Below are positions 15,901 through 27,716 of a stretch of 64,000 nucleotides of DNA, in pieces (position 1 is the first letter of the stretch; every line of letters starts with the position of its first letter). Origin of the DNA: Strigamia acuminata. Taxonomy: Eukaryota. The translations under genes were made by a program, and so were the position numbers. The notes below the pieces were generated by a model. It searched no databases and was not told the origin of the DNA. It saw only the letters and a program-made list of their open reading frames with translations. The stretch covers positions 15,934,001-15,998,000 of the forward strand of contig OX442314.1 of NCBI GenBank assembly GCA_949358305.1, given 5' to 3'.

Positions 15901-17009
15901 CATTGGAATATTTGCTTCCTTCTGAAGTATGTTACCAGGACCTATGGGTATGAATAAAATAAAGCACAAATAAAAAATATAATTATTTTTAATTGAAATA
16001 ATTTTCAGTATTTTCTCAATCACCCAGAAGAGGAAATTAACATTTTGGCACCTTCATCTGTAATCTATGGGGCTACAAATGTAGTAAAGCTACGAATATT
16101 TAAGGTAAATAAAATAGTTATATACCTATACCTTATATGCTTATCTACATACTGGCTTAATTTTATGACATTATAGACTATACGAAGAAATGGAAAGCGC
16201 AATCCTTGTGAAGAAAACAAAACTGTTTATTTGAAGTGTAGAAATGCTTGCATACAAAATAATTTACTTCACATGATAAATTGCAGGTACATTTAAAAAA
16301 AAGTCTAATAGAGGCCCGCGGAATATTCAATTTTCTTCAAAAAATGAAAAATTTTTGTATAAAAGACTGAATATTTCCTTTAAAAAATTGAGTGTTTCCT
16401 TTAAAAAACTGAATGTTTCCTTCAAAAAATTGAATATTTCCTTTAAAAAATTGAATATCGCGTCAAAAAATCAAACATTTCATAAAAAATCGGGCCTGTA
16501 ACCTGTGCGTCCGTGCCGCTATTGGAGCCCCGCGTACAATTAAAAGATGTACCGTATTCAGATTATATAACCAAACTCTGGGTATTTGTAAATTCATGTT
16601 ACGGTTTATTTCTGTTCCTTTCAGATTGCCATACATGCCATCACCTAATTTGCCACTGTGCAACAAAGTAGAAGACGTCATGCGCAGCCATTTAATGTAC
16701 TTAAATAATTACAATTCGAATCAAAAAGCATGCAAATGTAAACTACCTTGTGAAAAGACATTTTACGAATCTACAATGCATGGAAGTAAAGTGCCTGTTC
16801 CCTATTTCACATTTGTACAGCTTGAATTAGCTGATACTTTCATAGAGAATTTTATAGAGAAACAAAAATACCCTTTATCGCAATTTTTAAGTGATATAGG
16901 TAGCATTGTAGGATTAGCGTTGGGAATGTCTTTACTCTCTTTATACACTTGCTTATTAAACAGTTATAATTCGTTTAGACGTGATATTGATAGTTTAAAA
17001 AAAAAATAA
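12936..17009 (+). CDS. Tandem two-subunit DEG/ENaC (ASIC/pickpocket-family) channel, 11 exons, 4 TM; paralogue 1
   Basis: Repeat 1: TM1, LPHLMFC, YGMC, Cys-rich thumb CSCRRPC, TM2 LLSDLGGNLGLFLGLSLISLTE. Same exon continues into repeat 2: TM1, YPSITIC; later exons give FGHC, CKCKLPC and TM2 FLSDIGSIVGLALGMSLLSLY. All 10 introns are GT-AG and in frame. Confidence 0.9.
14361..14494. mobile_element. MITE with TAGCTGCATTCAAAAA terminal inverted repeats (intron 5 of channel 1)
   Basis: TAGCTGCATTCAAAAATTAAAATA...TATTTTAGTTTTTGAATGCAGCTA. A second copy with the same interior lies at 34545-34680. Confidence 0.8.
16361..16458. repeat. Degenerate ~21-bp tandem repeat in the last intron of channel 1
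   Basis: 4-5 copies of aaaaaattgaatatttccttt-like units. Confidence 0.6.
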
Positions 17010-17100
17010 AACATTTCTTCTTTTGCTTGCGAATTAAAATGTTAAAAAAAAATTTCACATACCGGTATCAATTATAATATAATGTCAACCAATTTCAGCA

Positions 17101-17733
17101 CAATTTTTCACAAATAAAATGTCAATTTTTCACAAATAAAATGTCAATTTTTCACAAATAAAATGTCAATTTTTCACAAATAAAATGTCAATTTTTCACA
17201 AATAAAATGTCAATTTTTCACAAATAAAATGTCAATTTTTCACAAATAAAATGTCAATTTTTCACAAATAAAATGTCAATTTTTCACAAATAAAATGTCA
17301 ATTTTTCACAAATAAAATGTCAATTTTTCACAAATAAAATGTCAATTTTTCACAAATAAAATGTCAATTTTTCACAAATAAAATGTCAATTTTTCACAAA
17401 TAAAATGTCAATTTTTCACAAATAAAATGTCAATTTTTCACAAATAAAATGTCAATTTTTCACAAATAAAATGTCAATTTTTCACAAATAAAATGTCAAT
17501 TTTTCACAAATAAAATGTCAATTTTTCACAAATAAAATGTCAATTTTTCACAAATAAAATGTCAATTTTTCACAAATAAAATGTCAATTTTTCACAAATA
17601 AAATGTCAATTTTTCACAAATAAAATGTCAATTTTTCACAAATAAAATGTCAATTTTTCACAAATAAAATGTCAATTTTTCACAAATAAAATGTCAATTT
17701 TTCACAAATAAAATGTCAATTTTTCACAAATAA
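17101..17733. repeat. 22-bp minisatellite (CAATTTTTCACAAATAAAATGT) x ~29
   Basis: Head-to-tail, apparently identical units with no spacers. Confidence 0.97.
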
Positions 17734-18242
17734 TGTATTTACACCAATTGCAAAATAAATAAAAGCGTGCAAACAATTAACTTGATTTTTCATTCATTGA
17801 ACCTAGGACGATCAGTTGATCGACCTAGATTGAATTTACTGCAAAATCAGTTAGTAAAATCCTACAAATACATTTTAAAAACGAGTAAATTTTTTTACCC
17901 ATCGACTATTCTCCAAAAAACGATTACTGTAAGCCCTCATGTCATAAAACTGAACAAATAGTCTATAATTATGAAAGTTTTGACTTTGTTTGCTCTTAGT
18001 AAACTACTCTAATACTAATATTTATCCACTTGATAAACAAGTAACATAAACAGTTATTAAGCGCTCACTTTTTAAAAACCTTGTTTGTTTTTTTTTACTA
18101 AATTTAGCTCTTTACATAACGTCGCACTCACATAACAACACAACGCATAATAATTATTTCAGGCCAATAAACAACTCAGAATTGATTGATAAGCGAAAAA
18201 CATAATAATTGTTCTTCACTCTGGACAAGTTAGCAGTAAAGC

Positions 18243-21200
18243 ATGCCTGCAAACATTTCTATCAGCATTCAGCAAAAAAGAAAACTACGGCTGACAATTC
18301 GTAAATTCTTGAAAGATGATGCAAACAAACCGAGTTGCGATCTAACTGGTTTGGATAATTTTATAAGCACTAAAATACGTTCGAGCAAGTATCATGCGTT
18401 TTGGCTACTTTTGTTCTTATTTTGCACATGCATGCTCACTTATCAGACACATGATAGAATGATGCATTATTTAAGTCGTCCTGTAGCCGTCGACGTAACT
18501 AGCACGTCCGACAATGTCAAATTGCCAGACTTGTTGGTCTGTGGTAGCAACACAAAAGAAATGGTCAGACTTTGGAACAAGACTTTTGTAAAACTTGATA
18601 CCGCAAAAGAGGAATTCAGTCTTTCGAGCTTTAAATGCGTAAACATGATGAAAACTCTGATGGCAAACCAAACCTACAACATGGATGAACTGTGGAAGGC
18701 TACCAATATCACCAAGGAAATTGTTAGCATTAAAATGAAAGTAAAAAAAAAAAATTTAAAATTTTATTTATTATAAAAATAGAACTTTAAACATTATTTT
18801 ACGCACAGGGATATTCAAATGAAAGTGTCGTTCAGACAGTAAGAGGCGATGTGTATGGAATATGTTCAGCGTTTAAATTTGGTCTGTACATTACACCTTA
18901 TGTTTATAGTTTTTAATTATTTTAAAAAATGATCTATTTTGATTACGTGTGTGGACTTGGCCCACCAAAATGTTGGCTGTTACCTAACTTTCAGCCAAAT
19001 AGACCAACATAGGTGTTCCTAATTCATACACAAATTTTGTTTAGCCACTAACTCAAGTAAATCGTTTGTTGGGAAATCCCTAACCGTGAAGTTTGAAAAA
19101 ATAAACGATGACGTGTGTCCTTCAGCTATGTACTATGTAATTTGAATGCGCTTCTGTTGGTTAAAAATATGCAATTCATCATTTTAGTCCTTCCGTTTAC
19201 TTAGATTGGATTCGCATATAATGATTTTGGAAAAAAATTCTTTTCAACATCAAAATTTTCCGGTACAACAACAAAAATCAATCTTAGTTATGACAAAGTA
19301 AAATTCGAAACCAAAAACCAACTTAGATCAAAATATGCCAACAGTTTGACTTCTACTTACATTTTCAGTACATATTTCTAAACTCATCTGAAAACACGTG
19401 CTCCAGCGAAAATGAATACAAAGACTGCTACTTCAAATGCTTAGCAAAAAAATTAAGAGACAAACTAACCTGCAGGTAAAGACTGAATTTAATGCCTATA
19501 GTGATCATCATAAGCGTAATATAACTTTTCATATTCTTTTCAAGACTCCCTTTTATTAATAATACGATAACAAATCTACCTCTATGCGAATGTTCAAACA
19601 CCACGCATGAACTATACGCTAAAGCACTTGAAATAATTATATCAACGGACGCAATTGCTGATTGTTCATGTAGACGTCAATGTCAACAACTAAGTTTTAC
19701 ACCAAATATCGATGCAGCTTTAGCGGAAGATGAAAAAATTACATCAATATCCTTAGAAATAACTAATGAGAAAATGTACGTGTACAACGAAAGATACTCA
19801 TACGACGTTATTGCTTTACTGTCCGACTTGGGAGGCAATTTGGGCCTGTTTCTCGGTCTGTCACTAATCTCTTTTAGTGAAACCATTTGGTATTTATGTT
19901 ACAAAATGTTACAAAGTATTCGCAAAAAAAGACACGTTTATAAGATTCAGCGTTTGTATGAGATATGCAAAAAGATAGTGATTGCACAACATGAGCCAAT
20001 TAAAACAGATGGAATCTTATTGAAACTCAAGCTAATACTCGTTGCAATTAGTACGGGATTCACTTTATACTACTTGAAAAATCGTTTAAATTACTACAAC
20101 GATGAACCTGTAACAAAAACTGTCACCGTAGTACAGCGGGCCTATACTGAATTTCCTTCTGTCACCGTCTGTGGTGAAAATAAAAATGGGGAAATGGACA
20201 AAGGCCGATTGCGTTTGATGGAACAGACAAACAAAATATGCAGTAACATATCGCCCTGGAAATTGTTTAATGACGAATTGCCATTGGAAGATATATGGGA
20301 TTCACTTAATGTCCACGAAAATATTAATCTTGACGGCGATATGACTGTGGTATGTGGCAAAAACAAAATATATTCTACAAAGTTCTCATTGTTTTAGATT
20401 TACAGCATTTGAATGGATACGCAACTAAGCTAAATGTGACGAAAAAGCTTATTCCACTTCCTTTTGGCAATTGCTCACAAGTGCATGCAGGTAATTTAAC
20501 TTACAGAAGTTAATTATAGATGTTAATTACCTAATGATTCCGTTTTTTATAATATTTTTTAGATAATTCAAAGGAATTGACAGTTTACTTTTTAGTTTCA
20601 TTGGAATTTCTTGAACCACCAGAGGAATGTGAGCAGGAACTATGGGTACTGGCACGATGAAACCATTTGCACAAAAAAGACTTAATCTTTGAAATTAAAA
20701 CACTAAAAGCTAAGTAAAGAACGGCAATAATAGCAGGATTAGCTAAAAAAAAATTAGGTGTTTTTGTTTAAGTGTTTTTAATGTAAACACCATTTAAAAC
20801 TTGGGTTTTTTTGTCACAAAATAAGTTTACTTATAGAATAATTTTGAATTACAATAATTTCCAGTACTTTATGAACCCACCAGAAGAGGACGTTGATATT
20901 TTGAGACCAATGTCGGGAAACTATGGGTCGTCAAACGTAGTAACGATCCGAGTATTTAAGGTAATAAACATTTGCCTCAAACAGAAAAATAAAACAAATC
21001 CTTATACCAACTTAATTTATCAATAGACTATACGAAGAAATCTACAGCGCAAACCTTGTGAAATAAACACTGTTAATTATTTCAAATGTATTCGTGAGTG
21101 CAAGCAAAACAATTTATTTCAAATGCTTAAATGCAGGTAAAAAACGTTCACTCAAATTTTGCTTGGAGTAAACCAAACGCTTGTTTCAGATTACCATACA

Positions 21201-21586
21201 TGCTGACAACTAATTTACCTCTGTGTAACACAACAGACGATGTCACTAATGCCCATTCAATGTACTTAAGGAAATATAACTCGAATCAAAAAGAATGTAA
21301 ATGTAAACAACCTTGCACTAAAACATTTTACCAAACTAGCGTGCATGAAATTGCAATCCCTGTTAAGTTTTACACATTTCTACGGTTTGGATTATCTGAT
21401 AATTTCATAGAAACTATAACGGAGAAAGAACAATATCCAATTGCACAATTATTAAGCGATGTAGGCAGCATTTTAGGATTGACTTTGGGGATGTCATTAT
21501 TGTCTTTATACATTTGCATTCTAGAGACTTATAATTGGTTTCGATCCAATATAACTAGTGGATTTGGCCGTTCAAAAAGACAATGA
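18243..21586 (+). CDS. Tandem two-subunit DEG/ENaC channel, 11 exons, 4 TM; paralogue 2
   Basis: Same exon structure as paralogue 1. LPDLLVC, YGIC, CSCRRQC, TM2 LLSDLGGNLGLFLGLSLISFSE, then in the same exon second TM1 and FPSVTVC; later FGNC, CKCKQPC, TM2 LLSDVGSILGLTLGMSLLSLY. Frame intact throughout. Confidence 0.9.
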
Positions 21587-21609
21587 AATATTACATTTTA
21601 CGTTTACAG

Positions 21610-21753
21610 TAGTTTCATTGGAAAAGTTAGTTCAAAATTGCTATTTAAACAATGTGCGCATGCGCAATGCCGCCATTTAAGTTAGATCGAGACAACTCTC
21701 AGTCAAGCAGTTTAAAATGCTGTTTAATCGTACGGACTTTTCGAATGCAGCTA
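21610..21753. mobile_element. Short MITE-like element with degenerate TAGCTGCATTC-type ends
   Basis: TAGTTTCATTGGAAAAGT...ACTTTTCGAATGCAGCTA (15/18 inverted match). The interior is related, in reverse orientation, to the 23511-23686 element. Confidence 0.55.
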
Positions 21754-22052
21754 GTAGTTTTTTAAAATTTTAATGTACCGTGTATACCAATTACAATAGC
21801 ACCTAAGAAATTTTAGCACTACTTTATAAAATTTGTCATTAAAATAAAAGTTAAAATTATACCGTACTGAATTTATATAATGGCAAAAAAAAGAAAACTT
21901 GTAGTTGTAGAGTTAAGTTCATTTCCATTAACAAAATCCCTACTACCCCTACTACCATAAAATTTTCAACACATAATAAATGCATTATTAAATACTGATT
22001 TATGTCAATAGCAGCAAAATAAATTTTAAAAGAACCTCGAGACTAATTTCAA

Positions 22053-24321
22053 CTACAAGATACTACATCCACAGCAACACTTTTGAGGATAGTTAGGTGC
22101 GTACACTTTGTTTTCAAAACCATATACGAAAAAATAATCCGTATTTTCTTTCCACGTGTAATACACTTGAGTAACTGGTACAATTCGAACTCTGTGTCTC
22201 TGAAAGAAAGAGAGAGAGAGAGAGAGAGAGACTATTTTGATCTCTTCATTCTAAGATGAATTCTAGGCTTAATCAACAACAACTACTTGGTTGCCGTTGC
22301 TTATCGCTACGTAGAATTTACTTTCCGAAATGTTTTATAAAATTTTACACCTTACTTGGAACAGATGCAAATAAATATCCTAAGAAAAGTAAACATCTAA
22401 CCCTTCCTTATTTTCCAACTTTATAAATCAGCCGCATTGCTCACACGCCGTTGCTTTTCGTCCACGAATCCATTAAACAACGGCGCGCATTAGCAATACA
22501 AGAATTAGTCACCAGATTTCTCTGTAGTCATCGTCAGAGAAAGCATTTTTTAAAAAAAATACCGGTAGCTCGTTCGTAGGTAAGGAATTTATATTTATTT
22601 GCTTCTGTTACAGTGACAGAAAAAAAAAATACCTGACGGATAATTTTTTCCTCAGTATAATCTATATTATGCTGTTGAACTAATTTTGAAGATGCGATAT
22701 TGACAGCTTGGTCTGGGAAATGGTTTATCGGCCAAACCTAAACACCAAAGAATTTATTTTATATTTAATAATTACTCTACTGGTGATGATCACGACGATT
22801 ATGATTATTTTATTTTAATACTCTCGGTAAATCCTCTTCAAAAGCTAACTGGCCACTAACTGTGCGAACTAAATCGTCAGGCAATGACGTGCGTTCTACG
22901 ATGTAATCGCTTACATGATTTTTCCTAACAAATAAAAAATCTTTAATTTATATTTTATTAAAACTGAACAATTTACCAAGACAGACGAAGTTGATTATAA
23001 TGTTTAAGCTTTCCCTTTCCGCTACATGAGTCGCACTCTATTTGTCCATGTCCATCGCACCGTACGCACCTACATATAATCAGTATTGAAAAATGCCAGT
23101 TTCTTAGAGTTTCATCTTCCAATATTGTCCTACCTCGTTTTCGTATGACCGTGACAAGAAGAGCAAGTTTCATCATTATATCGGCGTCCAGTTCCAGAGC
23201 AAGACGAGCAATTTACCTTTCAATTAAATCAGTTATATCAGCTCTCAAAAGCTTCAACTTGTATATTTTATGATCTCACTTGTCCATCACCATAACATTG
23301 TGTACATCTTCGTCTACCGGTAGCAGCACAACGATGACATGATTTTACAGATGCCGTATGGGGCACTTCAGTCATCATTTTAGTTTCATTGTACGCAGAG
23401 GGAGGTGAAACTGCAATTTCCCATGCCCTAGGGGCTGGTCCGTTCGCGCTTGAATCGATGGTTTGGCCTACAAGAAAATTATAAAACGTAATAAACAAAT
23501 TAAAACACATTAGGCGCATTTATAAAGTCATTTAGACGAAACAGCATTTTAAACAACATATTTTAACTGCTTGTCTCGATCTAAATTCAAAATGGCGGCC
23601 GATTTAGTCTGTTTTCATGCGCACTATATTTAAAGAAGAAAACATGTTTAACTGCTAATTAAACTTGTATTTAAAAATTGCGCCTACTAAAATTATTATA
23701 CTACCATAATATGGCTCACTCGTCCAACGAGTTTGGCGCGATTCTCCAAAAGTTTCCAAAGTATACTGAAATTTGTAAGTGTCAAAAGTGTATAGAAAAA
23801 AAATGGAGTAATGTGTGAATTACATGGAAAGCTGAAGTGTTTTCAATACTTTGAAAAATCATTTTTTCAGCTGCTGATTTGCCATAACAACAATGCTCGG
23901 AAACGAAATTTAGAAGAGCTTCTCTAGCTTGATCTTCGGTCAGTGCTGGATAACTTGTAAAACTGCTTCTTGAAGGTGGTTGACCATGGTATGCGTGGTC
24001 ACTAGCCGGGGGTGAAAGTGATGCTAAATTTGATTTATTAATTATAGCACGACTTGCATTTTTTTATTTTACTTTTTGTTGTATAACTTACCAACATCGA
24101 ATGAAACGTTTTCATAACCATGAACTTTATCCATCAGCTCAACAGGAGGCGCTGATGCGAGAAGATCAACAGGTTCTTTACTCTCACCAGAGACGCCATT
24201 ACTAGCATCTAAATTTATTTATAATATAATTAATATCTTATACAATATATTTTTTCCATTGAGATTTAATTAGTTTACCTGAAGCCATTTACTCCGATGG
24301 ATGAGTTAATGTAACATTCAT
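22053..24321 (-). CDS. SSUH2-like protein, copy 1 (10 exons; TAA at codon 11 followed by in-frame ATG at 24288)
   Basis: SAPPVELMDKVHGYE, EDQAREALLNFVSEHCCYG, YTLETFGESR, EVPHTASVKSCHRC, CxxCxGxG repeats, YFFVYGFENKVYAPNYPQKCCCGCSIL*. Confidence 0.85.
22209..22232. repeat. (GA)n microsatellite in the last intron of SSUH2-like copy 1
   Basis: About 12 GA units. The same site is shorter in copy 2. Confidence 0.85.
23511..23686. mobile_element. MITE with TAGGCGCATTT terminal inverted repeats in an SSUH2-like intron
   Basis: Inverted ends are visible. Also present at 30534-30704 (13-bp perfect TIR) and absent from the short equivalent intron of copy 3. Confidence 0.75.
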
Positions 24322-26219
24322 TGGTGGTGGATTTCTTAATACAAATAGAAAGTGAAATATGCAAGCTTTTTATCTAAACATTACAATGGTAAATAAAATA
24401 GTCACGGAATATGTAAAAAATATTTTACCGAATCAAATTATGTTGGTAATTATTTTGGATATTTTGATAGATTGCACTGAAAAATTACCAATTATTAAAT
24501 ATTAGGGTTCTCTTCTTTTCCTTAACACGATGTTGAATTTAATGTTCACCCTTTGAAACTCCAATGGGAAAAATTTAAAAATGTTGAATGCCAATATTCA
24601 TGTTATTTAAATTTACTTTTTCTGGCTATTTAGTTACTCAATAGTCAATACGTTATGTTTTAGCAAATTTACCTACTTACGCTGTGTGAGCCATCGTTTA
24701 CATTCAAAATAGCTTAGGGGGAGTACGAAATATCTTATCAAAACAACGTGCTTTTGTTGTGATAAAAATGGTTATGTAATGTGCAGATGTGATTGCACTC
24801 AAAAAATTAATTGCAGGTACTGTTAACCCTTCTAGAAAATGTTTTGCCCAATACAATTTTGACTAAAAAAAGATGGGTTCACATGAAATGTTGATTACCT
24901 TCTTATTCTTACTCCATTCCAATTTTATCAATGTGATTCAATCAGAAAAGACAAACATTTACCAACCGTGACATAACGTGCCCAAAACTAATTACATTTA
25001 TAGATTTTGCTATGAAACAACTAATTAGTGGAATTAAAGATTAGTGTGACCGTGTGTTGCCACACTTAATTCTGTTGTAGATATTAATGGCACACATAAA
25101 CAGGCAGTTCAAAATGATAAGTGATTTTATTACAAAAGATTCGAAGTTTAAATACAAGTTATACAACACAAGGGATTATCCAAAATACACTTGATTAGTT
25201 AAAGTTACACTAATACGTTGACCTCGCGGTTTATCGTTTTATTGTCCACGCGACGTTCATGCCCAGTGGCGGTCAACAGCAACATTGGCGGTCAGTAAAA
25301 CTCCAACAAATTCCAAACACTCCTAAATGCTCACACAACCACAACAATCTGTGTAAAAATAAAATAAACACATGGTCATTTTACAATTTGTCAAAATTTT
25401 TACTACAGCTATCAACAATATAAGTCATAATAGTTGGCATAAAAATAAGAACGGTAGTATCTTACTTCTTAATTGCCAGCTACCAAGCCAAGCTCTAATA
25501 AAAGAGATATTCTTTTGGTTCTATTGACAAATAAATTCCGCTACTAATTAAAATTAATTGGAACTACCCTCAGGTGAAAGAGGAAATCAGCACATACTGA
25601 ATGCCAGTGAATATTGTTCAGAAAAGAAAACAGTAATGGTTCAATCGCGCAAAATTTGATGTGCTTTCAAAAAAAAATTACCATATTTTAATTAGTCTTA
25701 TTTTACTTCTCAATTATCACAAAAATCATAAGTATTTTAAAAATCTAAAACTCAAAACTTTTTGCTCGGATGCGAGCTGCGTAGATAAACTGTATTATCG
25801 ATTATAAAGAGCGTGTACAATTTCTGTATGCAAACAAAGCACTTGGTATTGAAAATCATTTTTCGCATAAATAACAAAAATATTTAAAAAAAATCCGATT
25901 TCAAGTAACTATAGAAAAAAAAAGCAACCAAGCAAACTAAAGCACTTATAATAACAAGTCCGCACTCCGTAGACATAATGTTCGCTGCTCTAATATTTAC
26001 CTTGACTAAAGAAACACAAACGAAATACTTACGTAATTTTCAGACACTTTTTTTTAACCTTGTTTATTTTAAACTGCTATTTGCTGTACTTGTATGTACA
26101 TAGCGATACTCAAAATGTTTGATAAACAATATGAAAAGCCCAAGTTGACTATAAACTAAGTTTAAACCAAAAAACTGAAAACTATCTTCTAGTTAGAACT
26201 TGACTTGTAGCAATACAAC

Positions 26220-26403
26220 ATGTCTCCACATATGGCCATCATTTTTCGGAGAAAAAAAAAACTACGCCGGACAATTCACCACTTAATGAAAAATGATGCC
26301 CATAAACCTCAATGCAATTTAACTGGCTTGGATGATTTCATAAATAGTAAAAACCGTTCGAGCAAGTATCAAGTCTTTTGGCAAATTTTGTTCTCATTTT
26401 GCA
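26220..26403 (+). pseudogene. Truncated exon-1 fragment of channel paralogue 1
   Basis: Matches 12936-13119 (MSPHMAII...ILFSFC), then breaks into duplicated upstream sequence. Confidence 0.9.
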
Positions 26404-27029
26404 ACATTTACAAACATTTACCAATCGTGACATAACGTGCCACCAAAACTAATTACATTTATAGATTTTGCTATGAAACAACTAATTAGTGGAATTTGAG
26501 ATTAGTGTGACCGTGTGTTGCCACACTTAATTCTGTTGTAAATATTAATGGCACACGTAAACAGGCAGTTCAAAATGATAAGTGATTTTATTACAAAAGA
26601 TTCGAAGTTTAAATACAACTTATACAACACAAGGGATTATCCAAAATACCCTGATTAGTTAAATATACACTAATACGTTGACCTTGCGTTTTATCGTTTT
26701 ATCGTCCACGCGATGTCCATCCCCAATGGCGGTCAACAGCAACATTGGCGGTCAGTAAATCTCCAACAAATTCCAAAACACTCCTAAATGCTCACACAAC
26801 CTCAACAATCTGTGTAAAAATAAAATAAACACATGTTCATTTTACCATTTGTCAACATTTTTACTACAGCTCTCAACAATATAAGCCATAATAGAACAGT
26901 ATCGTACTTCTTAATTGCCAGCTACCAAGCTAAGCTCTAATAAAAGAGATATTCTTTCTGTTCTGTTGACAAATAAATTCCACTACTATCATTAATTGGA
27001 TGTACCCTCAGGTGAAAGAGGAAATCAGC

Positions 27030-27384
27030 AACAAAGCAGAAGACATCATGCGCAGCCATTTAATGTACTTAAATAATTATAACTCGAATCAAACAGCATG
27101 CAAATGTAAACTACCTTGTGAAAAAACATTTTACGAATCTACAATGCGTGTAAGTAAAGTGCCTGATTCCTATTTCCCATTTGTACAGCTTGAATTAGCT
27201 GATACTTTCATAGAGAATTTTATAGAGAAACAAAAATACCCTTTATCGCAATTTTTAAGTGATATACCGTATAGGTAGCATTGTAGGATTAATGTTGGGA
27301 ATGTCAATACTCTCTTTATACAATTGCCTATTAAAAAGTTATAATTCGTTTAAACGTATTATTGATAGTTTAAACAAAAAATGA
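27030..27384 (+). pseudogene. Last-exon fragment of channel paralogue 1 with frameshift
   Basis: Matches 16662-17010. A small insertion after SDI (gatataccgtataggtagc versus gatataggtagc) shifts the frame before TM2. Confidence 0.9.
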
Positions 27385-27716
27385 AACATTTCTTCTTACG
27401 ATTACCGTAAGCCCTCATGTCATGAAACTGAACAAATAGTCTATAATTATGAAAGTTTTGACTATGTTTGCTCTTAGTAAACTACTCTAATACTAATATT
27501 TATCCACTTGATAAACAAGTAACATAAACAGTTATTAAGCGCTCACTTTTTAAAAACCTTGTTTGTTTTTTTTTACTAAATTTAGCTCTTTACATAACGC
27601 CGTACTCACATAACAGAACGCATAATAATTATTTCAGACAAATAAACAACACACAATTGATTGATAAGCGAAAACATAATAATTGTTCTTCACTCTGGAC
27701 AAGTCAGCAGTAGAGC

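Noticed and set aside
17101..17733. Possible CRISPR array
   Set aside because: Units are contiguous with no unique spacers, there are no cas genes, and the context is eukaryotic. It is a minisatellite.
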